DNA of 64,000 nt from positions 1,345 to 65,344 of the forward strand of contig JAJACI010000004.1 of assembly GCA_022601595.1 (NCBI GenBank), written 5' to 3'. The translations under genes were made by a program, and so were the position numbers. This document shows, piece after piece, positions 35,868 through 44,117 of this stretch (position 1 is the first letter of the stretch; each line of letters begins with the position of its first letter). This stretch comes from Chlamydiia bacterium. GTDB taxonomy: Bacteria; Chlamydiota; Chlamydiia; Chlamydiales; 2-12-FULL-49-11. The notes beneath the pieces were generated by a model. That model was given only the letters and a program-made list of their open reading frames with translations, was not told where the DNA came from and did not search any database.

Positions 35868-36746
35868 ATGATGACTTTTTCAGAAATAGAACAAATATTC
35901 AATAGAGCTTTTTCAAAATCCTTTTGTAGAAAAAAGATTTTATTTCTATTTCCAATATTAGCTGCATGCGGGGTCCTAACGGTTTTTTGTAGAACGCTTT
36001 CCATTGGGGTAAATCACCATGTGTGGATGAGTCTATCTTTTCTTCCTCTCTTTTTATCTACTGGGATACTTCTTGCCGCAGGAGTTATGCTTATCAAGAT
36101 GTATGTTTTTGAGATAAAAGGGATGGATTATAAGATTGGTAAGTTGTTTGTGAGTTCTATGCAGATGGTTGTAGGAATATCCTATCTTTGCTTTCCGCTT
36201 ATTTTAGCCTACCTTGTTCTGTGGTCTGTGATGGGGGTGTTTTACCTTTTAAAGCAGGTGCCAGCCTTTGGTGATATATTTGGTACCCTTTTATCTTTTG
36301 GACCTTATTTGCTAGTCCTTGGATCTATTGCTTTGGCAATTGTTTCGATATTATTATTATTTTTTATCACTCCCCATGTTGCTCTTAAAAAAACATTACG
36401 GATGAATATTGCTGCAGAAGTAACACAGCGTATGAAAAAAAGTATTTTTGCCAATGGGGTACTGCTATTTACAGGGATGATCCCTTTAACGCTGGTATTA
36501 TTCTTTTTGATACTTGGAGCGGTAATGACAGGCGCGAGTTATTTTATGCCTCAAGATGCCCTTGCTATGGGTATTAGATGGCTAATGATGATGCTTCCTT
36601 TTTGTATGATTGTAACCCCTTTTGTAATCTTCTTTTTTAATTTCTCTTTAGAGAGTTATATGCTGTTTAAAAAGAGGGAAAGGGAAACTGGTAATGGTTC
36701 TACCTCTACCTTGGAAAAGAAAAAAGAGGAACCATGTCTTGTGTAG
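35868..36746 (+). CDS. hypothetical polytopic membrane protein
   Basis: I prefer the ATG at 35868 (AGGAG 5 nt upstream) over the track start at 35802. Six or more hydrophobic segments. Confidence 0.65.
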   Translation: MMTFSEIEQIFNRAFSKSFCRKKILFLFPILAACGVLTVFCRTLSIGVNHHVWMSLSFLPLFLSTGILLAAGVMLIKMYVFEIKGMDYKIGKLFVSSMQMVVGISYLCFPLILAYLVLWSVMGVFYLLKQVPAFGDIFGTLLSFGPYLLVLGSIALAIVSILLLFFITPHVALKKTLRMNIAAEVTQRMKKSIFANGVLLFTGMIPLTLVLFFLILGAVMTGASYFMPQDALAMGIRWLMMMLPFCMIVTPFVIFFFNFSLESYMLFKKRERETGNGSTSTLEKKKEEPCLV

Positions 36747-37621
36747 TTGTAGGTAGCGGTATAGCAGGTTTATCAGCCGCCTATTTTTTACAAAAGCGTG
36801 GACTTAAAGTTACCATATATTCTTCAGAAAAAAAGCTTGCTGCATCCAATATTTTTATAGGGATTTTGTATAGGTATCCGGGGCGATGGGGAAAGAAGAG
36901 CAAGTTTGCAGATGATGCCTATTTAAGCAGCAAACAATTAATTGATTTAGTAGAAAAAGAAAGCGGCCGTAAAGTGATTGTCTCCAAAGGGGTGATCAAG
37001 AAATTTGCTCCTCGGTTAAAGAAATTTGCTGATGTAAAAATGGAGGGCGGTGATGCCTATATTGATGATGCATTATCCATTGATATGAGAGAATATAGAG
37101 AGGGATTGAAAGACATAATAGGGAGAGATAACTTTGTGGAAAAGGAGATACGCTCTCTTTCAGAAATAGATGGGCCAAAAGTAATTGCTTGCGGGCATGG
37201 GGTAAAGGAGCTTGTTGCTTGCTCAGGTTTAATGTATAGAAAAGGGCAGCAGTATCAGGGAAGGAAGAAATTACCACATTCAGAGTATGGTAGTGTGGTA
37301 GGAAGGGGACACATTTCTTTTTTAGAGGATGATAGAGTTTGTTTGGGAAGTACTTATGAAACAGAGTTTGAGCATGATGGGGTGGACAAGGATTTTGCGG
37401 TAAGAGAAATTAATAAAAAAATAGAACCGTGGTATGGACCTCTTTCCGGCGCGCGCGATAAGAAATTTGTTTCAGGGGTTCGTGTGGGGCAGGACACTAC
37501 TTATCTCCCTTTGGTTGAAAAAATAGATAGAGATACTTTTTTATTCACCGGGCTTGGCTCGCGCGGCCTTTTATATCATGCTTACTATGGTAAAATACTT
37601 GCCAATCAGGTAGGATGGTAG
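36734..37621 (+). CDS. FAD-dependent oxidoreductase (DAO-like, short)
   Basis: N-terminal VVVGSGIAGLSAAYFLQKRGL dinucleotide-binding motif; 295 aa. Confidence 0.7.
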   Translation: MSCVVVGSGIAGLSAAYFLQKRGLKVTIYSSEKKLAASNIFIGILYRYPGRWGKKSKFADDAYLSSKQLIDLVEKESGRKVIVSKGVIKKFAPRLKKFADVKMEGGDAYIDDALSIDMREYREGLKDIIGRDNFVEKEIRSLSEIDGPKVIACGHGVKELVACSGLMYRKGQQYQGRKKLPHSEYGSVVGRGHISFLEDDRVCLGSTYETEFEHDGVDKDFAVREINKKIEPWYGPLSGARDKKFVSGVRVGQDTTYLPLVEKIDRDTFLFTGLGSRGLLYHAYYGKILANQVGW

Positions 37622-37624
37622 ATT

Positions 37625-38374
37625 ATGGGAAATAGATTACAATTATTAGGAACGGGTGGATCTACGGGGATACCTGTTGTGGGGTGTAAGTGCGCGGTAT
37701 GCAAATCAGATGATCCGGCAAATAAGAGGCTTCGCTCGGGGGCAATATTCCGCATAGGCAATAAAAATATTTTAGTAGACGCAGGACCAGATATTCGACA
37801 GCAGTCGCTGAAATATGATATAGATCATGTAGATGCTATTTTACTTACTCATTATCATGAAGATCATATTGGCGGCTTGGACGACTTGAGGGGGTTTTTC
37901 TATAATCAAGGGAAAAAACCAATCCCTGTTTACCTTTCAGAAAATACCTACGAAATGGTTGCTATACGTTTTGGATATTTGTTAGAGCGTTTTACCTTTA
38001 TAAAACTCAATGATCATATGGGCAAATTTGACCTGTTTGGAGAGAGATTTTCTTATTGCGCTTATGAGCAGGGGAGTGTTCCTGTTCTTGGCTTCAGAGT
38101 GGGTAAAGCCGCCTATTTAACCGATATCAAATATTATCAAGAGCAGATCTTCCTTTTTTTAGAGGGGGTGGAATCTTTGGTGGTAAGTGCCTTGAATTTT
38201 GAAGGGAGTCATATGCATTTTTCTATTGATGAGTCAGTCGCTTTTGGTAAGAAGGCTGGAGCTAAAAATACCTACCTTATCCATATGAATCATCAAGTGG
38301 AAGCAAAAAAAGTAACTAGAAGTTTAACAGAAGGGGTATCCCTTGCAATGGATGGAATGGAAATAGATGTCTGA
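37625..38374 (+). CDS. MBL-fold metallo-hydrolase (PhnP-like)
   Basis: HYHEDHIGG metal motif, with an N-terminal LGTGGSTGIP and GCKCAVC zinc-ribbon-like insert as in PhnP-type phosphodiesterases. Confidence 0.75.
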   Translation: MGNRLQLLGTGGSTGIPVVGCKCAVCKSDDPANKRLRSGAIFRIGNKNILVDAGPDIRQQSLKYDIDHVDAILLTHYHEDHIGGLDDLRGFFYNQGKKPIPVYLSENTYEMVAIRFGYLLERFTFIKLNDHMGKFDLFGERFSYCAYEQGSVPVLGFRVGKAAYLTDIKYYQEQIFLFLEGVESLVVSALNFEGSHMHFSIDESVAFGKKAGAKNTYLIHMNHQVEAKKVTRSLTEGVSLAMDGMEIDV

Positions 38375-39671
38375 TATAGAAAAGATAGAACAGCAGGATA
38401 GAGCCACTTTTGAAAGCATAAAAAAGGCGCTGCTTGTTGGCGTTCATATGTCTGGAGGGGAGTCAGAGCTGTGCCGCGAGCATTTAAAAGAACTTGGCGA
38501 GCTTGCTAAAACGTTAGGCGTAAAAGAGGTGAGAGAGATCTACTGCCCAGTAAAAAAGTTTAATGCGCCTACCTATATTGGATCAGGAAAAGTAGAAGAA
38601 TTTAGAGACATTGTTGCAGCAGAAGGGATCGATGTAATTATTTTTGATGATAGCATCACCCCCAACCAACAAAAGAATATTGAAAATGTCGCTAAAGTTC
38701 CTGTTATTGACAGAACAGAGGTTATCTTAGAGATTTTTGGACTTCATGCACGAACCAAAGAGGCGATGTTACAAATTGAGGTGGCAAAAATCCGCCATCA
38801 GCTGCCACGTCTTAAACGTATGTGGACACACCTGTCCCGTCAAAGAGGGGCAAGCGGAGGCGGTTCATCACGTGGAACTGGTGAAAAGCAAATTGAGATT
38901 GATAGGCGCCTTTTAAAACACAAATTACGCTCGGTTGAAAGGGAGATAAAAGATGTAGTCAGAGGCAGAGAGCAGACCAGAAAGGGGAGGCTACGCTCTG
39001 GTGTTCCTACTTTTTCTATTGTGGGATATACCAATGCTGGTAAATCCACCTTGCTAAATGCTCTTACCGGATCAGAGGTGCTTGTTGAAGATAAACTCTT
39101 TGCAACACTAGATACTACAGCACGGGCATATCAACTTCCTAATCGATCTAAGATCGTTTTGGTGGATACAGTAGGATTTATTCGAAAACTGCCACACTCC
39201 CTTGTAAAAGCTTTTAGAAGTACCCTCGAAGAGGTGTGTTATACCGATGTTCTTATCCATTTACTGGACTGCTCAAAAAAAGGATCGATGGCAAGGTTTG
39301 AAGCAACGATGCAGGTACTTGAAGAACTTGGTATAAAAGATAAACCAGTTATTGTGGTGCTAAATAAAATTGATCTGCTCAAAAGTAAAGAACATATCCG
39401 TAAATTTAATGTTTTATACGATAATGTAATTGCAGTATCTGCCGTGACACATGAGGGGTTTGATGATTTACTTTCCGCTCTGGAGATAGAAGCATCGCGC
39501 TTTTGTAAAAAAATGCACTTGCGTATCGACCAGAGCAATTATAAGTTGATTGATGAAATTACCAGAGAGGGGAGGGTAATTCATACCGATTATGAAGGAA
39601 ATGACGTTCTTTTAGAGGTGGCTCTCCCTGAGCATATGGAGAGAAAAGCAAAACCATTTCTTGTAGAATAG
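38367..39671 (+). CDS. hflX: GTPase HflX
   Basis: HflX N-terminal domain followed by the G-domain motifs GYTNAGKSTLLNALTG, DTVGF and NKID. Confidence 0.9.
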   Translation: MSDIEKIEQQDRATFESIKKALLVGVHMSGGESELCREHLKELGELAKTLGVKEVREIYCPVKKFNAPTYIGSGKVEEFRDIVAAEGIDVIIFDDSITPNQQKNIENVAKVPVIDRTEVILEIFGLHARTKEAMLQIEVAKIRHQLPRLKRMWTHLSRQRGASGGGSSRGTGEKQIEIDRRLLKHKLRSVEREIKDVVRGREQTRKGRLRSGVPTFSIVGYTNAGKSTLLNALTGSEVLVEDKLFATLDTTARAYQLPNRSKIVLVDTVGFIRKLPHSLVKAFRSTLEEVCYTDVLIHLLDCSKKGSMARFEATMQVLEELGIKDKPVIVVLNKIDLLKSKEHIRKFNVLYDNVIAVSAVTHEGFDDLLSALEIEASRFCKKMHLRIDQSNYKLIDEITREGRVIHTDYEGNDVLLEVALPEHMERKAKPFLVE

Positions 39672-39683
39672 CAAGTCTTTTTT

Positions 39684-41615
39684 TTATTGATTTGTTTCTC
39701 TCATCCGAGCTGTAAGGTTTACCAATCGAGCAATATTTTTTATCAAATAGTCCGCAGCAGTATTAGCTAAAAAGACATTATCTCTATAGGCTTCTTTATA
39801 AAATGTACTTATAGCCTTTGCGCACCTGCCATATGCTAGAGCAGATTCTTGAGGGGGGAGTACCTCTATTCCATCTTCATCTAGAATTTCTGAAAAATCT
39901 TCTTTTTTTATGTTAGGGAGTTCTTCATAGAAAGCAATCTCTAAACACTTTTTGGTATGTCGCCCTGTTTTTGTGTCTTTTATCGGCTCAAAAGCTTTAG
40001 GCATTTTTGCAAACCTAGAAATAAGAGCTCGAATATAGATGATTCTTGTCCAATTTGAAATAATACCTGATTGATAAGCCTCTGCTATTGTACGGCTCAT
40101 TAGCAGGAAATGAGGGTCATCTTTGGGCCAAACAAGCGAGAGTAGCTCTTGATGGTATGGGGTGTGTGTATCTAAAATACCCTTTATATCCTTACCAAAT
40201 TTAGAATCCGGCGCCTTTTGATAAAATACCTCATCTATTTCTTTCTTTAATTGCACTACATCGCCTATTTCAATAAGCCTTGGAATGATCACCTCATCTA
40301 AGATTTTACTTATGATTCCCTCGTTTTTGATAAGGTCTTTTCCATAAATTATTTCCTTTGCCTCGGCGGTATCTGCAGAGAGAAATCTAAGAGAGATACA
40401 CTGTATTAATTTTTTAAATGCATTATGGCCCTTAAATTCTATGGTTGCATTTATTTTTCTCAAAACCTCTACGTTTATATGCTCCTCTTCTGTAAATATA
40501 TGATCGGTAGTTCCTAATTGATCTAGATATGAGGTAACATTTTGATTACAAATGATGGCCCATTGAATCAGTTGATCCTTACCTCTGGCACTATTTAATC
40601 CTATATACATTTTTTTTTCTTTTTTCTTAGGAAGATTTCTACAATAGCTCATTACCTTTATGCAGGAAATAGTAATACGTCTAAGTTCTAATAGGGAAAG
40701 GCATTGTGTTTCTTTCTCTATATTATGCCCCCTATCTAAAAAACTTAAAGCGTGTTCACGAATAAAATCGTAGACTGCTTTGCAGCCGACTTCATCTAGA
40801 GGCTCACCAGTACTCATTATCTCTTTAAACTGCTTATTAGAGCAAGTGCCCTTGCATGCTTCAAAAATTTTATAAAATTGAGTTGAAAAATGAACGATAT
40901 CATCATGATAGAGCGGCAGTCTAGAATTATATATAAGCAGCATAAATGCTTTTTGTTCCTCTGAAAATTCTTTTGATTGATTAATCGAGTCTAAACAACT
41001 CTTTCGAAACTGATAAGACGATACAATGTGCATTAATCTTTGCTCTGGAGACAGCGCTTCAAAATCAGCTTTTTTTGCAGCTTTTGCAGCCTTCTTCTCT
41101 TGTTCTCTTGCTTTCCGTCTAGCTTTTTTTGCAGCCTTTTGTTCGGCTTGTGCAGCCGCCGCCGTCTCTTCTGCTTCAACCCTTTCTTTTTCTTTCGCCT
41201 CAAGTTTTGCTTTCTCTTTTTGCAAACGCTCTTCCTCGCCTTTTGCCTCTTTTTCTCCCTGCTCTATTTTTAGGCTCTCATCTCGTATGATCTGTTGGCA
41301 CTTTGTTTTAGCAAAAAACCTCCTTACGATACTTTGAATCTTAACAGAAGATGTTTCTTCTTTTTCCGCTTGAAGAGCTCTGCTTTTTTGTTCCTCTATA
41401 CGCCGCATCTTTTTAAGCACCGCTCTTATTTTCTTTCCACCCTCAGTCATAGTCCCTTCTTGGTTAGGAAACTTAAGACGAAGACCATCAAGCGTGTAGT
41501 ACAATGATCTTTCTTTTTTCTCTTCAGGGGATTGTGTAGCCCGCACCTCTGCATGAAGGTCCTTTGTCTGTACAGCAGCTTTTAGGTGTAGGGGCTGGTC
41601 AGTGCATCCATTCAT
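39684..41615 (-). CDS. IQ-motif / Lys-Ala-rich family protein, member A (643 aa)
   Basis: IQSIVRRFFAK (nt 41307-41339), then an E/K-rich tract and AAKKARRKAREQEKKAAKAAKKA, then a ~440 aa domain of unknown type. Paralogous to the next three genes. AAGGAG lies 8 nt before the ATG. Confidence 0.8.
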   Translation of the reverse strand: MNGCTDQPLHLKAAVQTKDLHAEVRATQSPEEKKERSLYYTLDGLRLKFPNQEGTMTEGGKKIRAVLKKMRRIEEQKSRALQAEKEETSSVKIQSIVRRFFAKTKCQQIIRDESLKIEQGEKEAKGEEERLQKEKAKLEAKEKERVEAEETAAAAQAEQKAAKKARRKAREQEKKAAKAAKKADFEALSPEQRLMHIVSSYQFRKSCLDSINQSKEFSEEQKAFMLLIYNSRLPLYHDDIVHFSTQFYKIFEACKGTCSNKQFKEIMSTGEPLDEVGCKAVYDFIREHALSFLDRGHNIEKETQCLSLLELRRITISCIKVMSYCRNLPKKKEKKMYIGLNSARGKDQLIQWAIICNQNVTSYLDQLGTTDHIFTEEEHINVEVLRKINATIEFKGHNAFKKLIQCISLRFLSADTAEAKEIIYGKDLIKNEGIISKILDEVIIPRLIEIGDVVQLKKEIDEVFYQKAPDSKFGKDIKGILDTHTPYHQELLSLVWPKDDPHFLLMSRTIAEAYQSGIISNWTRIIYIRALISRFAKMPKAFEPIKDTKTGRHTKKCLEIAFYEELPNIKKEDFSEILDEDGIEVLPPQESALAYGRCAKAISTFYKEAYRDNVFLANTAADYLIKNIARLVNLTARMRETNQ

Positions 41616-41646
41616 AGTTAGATCTCCTTATAGTGAAAAAAGAAAT

Positions 41647-41675
41647 AAGATACTATAGACAAAAAATTAGGTAAA
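41647..41675 (-). promoter_or_regulatory. conserved promoter-like block upstream of family member A
   Basis: On the minus strand: TTTACC, 17 nt, TATCTT. The same architecture lies upstream of all four paralogs. Confidence 0.4.
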
Positions 41676-41714
41676 CAGAAATAAATTATCAATTATTACT
41701 TATGAGAATCTCCT

Positions 41715-41873
41715 TTAGATGGAAGCTCTCATTTCCCTTTCTAGAATTACGCACCACCCTATTTTTTTAAATAATTCAGCTGCAGCAAAGAGCGCAGGAT
41801 GTAGATAATCAAGATATGCTTGATAGTGATCATTTATTTGATTTAATTTATCACCATATAAAATGTAAGGCAT
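41715..41873 (-). CDS. possible small ORF (52 aa) between family members B and A
   Basis: Hand-translated as MPYILYGDKLNQINDHYQAYLDYLHPALFAAAELFKKIGWCVILEREMRASI. AAGGAGA lies 7 nt upstream, directly after the stop of gene B. That SD-like sequence may only be a degenerate F1 terminus. Confidence 0.25.
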   Translation of the reverse strand: MPYILYGDKLNQINDHYQAYLDYLHPALFAAAELFKKIGWCVILEREMRASI

Positions 41874-41885
41874 CGTAGAATCTCC

Positions 41886-43871
41886 TTACGTTTGGGCGGC
41901 TTTCATTTGTTTTTCCATTTGGAGTAGTGGACCAATGGCTTTAAGAATAAATACCACCTGTGCCCTTAGATTGAATAAAGGAATACCTATATAATTGATA
42001 TGGATATGACTTATTCTAATTATGAGATCTCTATATTTCTCATAACTTTTTGTTTTTGTTAATTTCTCAATACTTCGATCACAAAGAGCAGGATTTAGAT
42101 ACGTTTCTTGGTTAAGGTTTAGCTTGCACATAAGCACAGCGGTAAGAGCTTTTGATACGATTTTTCCTGTTTTTTTAGCAACGCAGTCAGCTATCATAGA
42201 ATCCTTATCTTTTAAAGATAAAAGTATCGCGTGTAAAGAAAGTATTCTAGAATATGGGCTGATAGCACCAGCTTTATAGGCTTCGTCTATTGTATTTCGA
42301 AGAGCGTCTTCCATCACGTCTACCTTTGCCTCTTTTTCAACCAATTTATCAAGAAGAAGTTGATGGAATGGCTTAGGCTCTTGTAACATGGAATAAATTT
42401 TTTCTGCAAAAGGGGGGAGATCGCTTGTTTGTAAATATACCTTTTCTGTCCATATTTTAGTGAACTCTTCTATACTACCTAGATCTACGATTATTGGACT
42501 AATAGCCTGTAAAATATTGTGATATAACCCCCCTTTTTTCATGTCATCATTGAATATAGCACTTCTTGCTTGTATGATGCCTTGCTCTTTAGGATTTAAA
42601 GATAGAACCTCCGTAAGCATTTTATAAGATATTGTACCAGGTAAAGGAAGAAGTTTTTGTAAAACTTCTGAGAGAGACTGATCTGTTAGAACCCTTTGTT
42701 TTTTTAATCGTTTGATAGATGAGCTGATTTTTAATCTATAAGTTCTTGCTTCACTATTTAGGGTTTTCTCCCACGTTACTAACTTTTCCATTGCGGGGAT
42801 ATGGTGCTCAGAAGTAGTATTAGTAGCTTTATTAATAGATAGTACATTTTCACTAAGTTTATGAATGGTGTCTAGCATTTTCATATATATAGGCTTAATT
42901 TCTTGATAGGCAAGTGAAGGAGGTAGCGTTTCTGTACTCGTAGCTTCTTGAAGCAACTGCTCTATAAAAGTATAGACTTTACAAATCTTACCTCCTAGGT
43001 TTCCACTAACACCTTCATTCTCAGTCAATAATGCTTTAATCTTATCAAAATCCCCCCCTTTTTTCATCAATAAAATAATTAATTTGTAACATTTAAGAGT
43101 ATAAGGACTAATTAGTTGTGGAAACATAGGAAGCTTAGACATAAATATATGTTTAAGAAAATCCTTTTGCTCCTTATCAAAATCTTTATTCTTTAATCCT
43201 TCTTCATACACCTTTTTACGAAATTTTTCTGTAGATGCAATTTGAAGGAGTCTTTTATCCTGTTGCTCTTTTTCTAGTGGGGTGCTCGGTTGCGGTCTGC
43301 TTACTTTACTTCCACCACCCCCACCTTCTTTTGCTTGAGCAGCAGCAGCTCTTTTAGCCGCCTGTTTTGCTTTTCTTGCTGCTTTTGCTCGAGCTCTTTT
43401 AGCTGCCTTTTTTTCAGCCTGTGCCGCCGCTTTTGCTTCTGCTTCAACCTTTGCTTTTTCTTCCGCCTCTAATTTATTTCTTTGAGCTTCTAATTCCTTT
43501 TTAGACTCATCCACCTTTTGTAATTTCTCTTCTTCTTTCCCTTTGGTTTCCTGTTCACCTGGAAGTTTATCTATTTGTAATTTTTGGAGCTTTGTCACAG
43601 CAAGATATCTTCTCATAACACTTTGAATTTTAGCCGCCTGTTTTGCTTTTTTGCGAAGAGCTAACCTTATCTTTTTAGCCTCTTTTCTCTGAGCTAAAAA
43701 ACCTTTTCTCTCTTTTTCTTTGCGCTTTAAGGCAGTTTTTCTATGTAATTCGATAAAGAGCTTTTGTATTGTATCCCTATATTTTAATTTGAAACCTTGA
43801 AGCCTAAAATCTTTTGATCGCCCTTCAGGATTATCCGTAGCGGTAGAATTTCTATTCACGGTACTAGACAT
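41886..43871 (-). CDS. IQ-motif / Lys-Ala-rich family protein, member B (661 aa from Met16 of the track ORF)
   Basis: IQSVMRRYLAV (43596-43628), an E/K coiled-coil-like tract, AEKKAAKRARAKAARKAKQAAKRAAAAQAK, then GGGGGSKV. The C-terminal domain is similar to member A. I prefer the ATG at 43871 (AGAGG upstream) to 43916. Confidence 0.8.
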   Translation of the reverse strand: MSSTVNRNSTATDNPEGRSKDFRLQGFKLKYRDTIQKLFIELHRKTALKRKEKERKGFLAQRKEAKKIRLALRKKAKQAAKIQSVMRRYLAVTKLQKLQIDKLPGEQETKGKEEEKLQKVDESKKELEAQRNKLEAEEKAKVEAEAKAAAQAEKKAAKRARAKAARKAKQAAKRAAAAQAKEGGGGGSKVSRPQPSTPLEKEQQDKRLLQIASTEKFRKKVYEEGLKNKDFDKEQKDFLKHIFMSKLPMFPQLISPYTLKCYKLIILLMKKGGDFDKIKALLTENEGVSGNLGGKICKVYTFIEQLLQEATSTETLPPSLAYQEIKPIYMKMLDTIHKLSENVLSINKATNTTSEHHIPAMEKLVTWEKTLNSEARTYRLKISSSIKRLKKQRVLTDQSLSEVLQKLLPLPGTISYKMLTEVLSLNPKEQGIIQARSAIFNDDMKKGGLYHNILQAISPIIVDLGSIEEFTKIWTEKVYLQTSDLPPFAEKIYSMLQEPKPFHQLLLDKLVEKEAKVDVMEDALRNTIDEAYKAGAISPYSRILSLHAILLSLKDKDSMIADCVAKKTGKIVSKALTAVLMCKLNLNQETYLNPALCDRSIEKLTKTKSYEKYRDLIIRISHIHINYIGIPLFNLRAQVVFILKAIGPLLQMEKQMKAAQT

Positions 43872-43900
43872 AAACAACCTCTTATAATAAAAAAAGAAAG

Positions 43901-43929
43901 AAGATACTACAATCATAAGATTAAGTAAA
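43901..43929 (-). promoter_or_regulatory. conserved promoter-like block upstream of family member B
   Basis: On the minus strand: TTTACT, 17 nt, TATCTT. Confidence 0.35.
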
Positions 43930-44083
43930 CTCTGAAAAACGGACAGTTTTATAATTTTCCAGATTTTTGATATATCCTATTTTTCGTTTCGCCCCATCCC
44001 TACGGGGATGCAGCTTACTCCAAAATAGAATACCTTTCAAAAATCTGAAGAAATTCTAAAAAGTGTAGTTATTCAGAGTCTCC
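43925..44083 (-). mobile_element. F1 element, left terminus truncated/degenerate
   Basis: aaactctgaaaaacggacag ... catccctacggggatg ... gtagttattcagagtctcc. Shares the private variants cgtttcgcccc and aatagaatacctttc with the copy at 46199. Confidence 0.8.
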
Positions 44084-44117
44084 TTAAGTAAATTAAAACG
44101 ATGATCTACTTTTGCTG

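Noticed and set aside
41026-41507. + strand ORFs 41026..41337, 41040..41273 and 41295..41507 (Phe/Ser/Cys/Ala-rich translations)
   Set aside because: They are antisense to the Lys/Ala/Glu-rich tract of family member A. Low-complexity GCn/AAG codons read open on the opposite strand. The same applies to 43290..43472, 47567..47992, 47689..47880 and 47817..47999.
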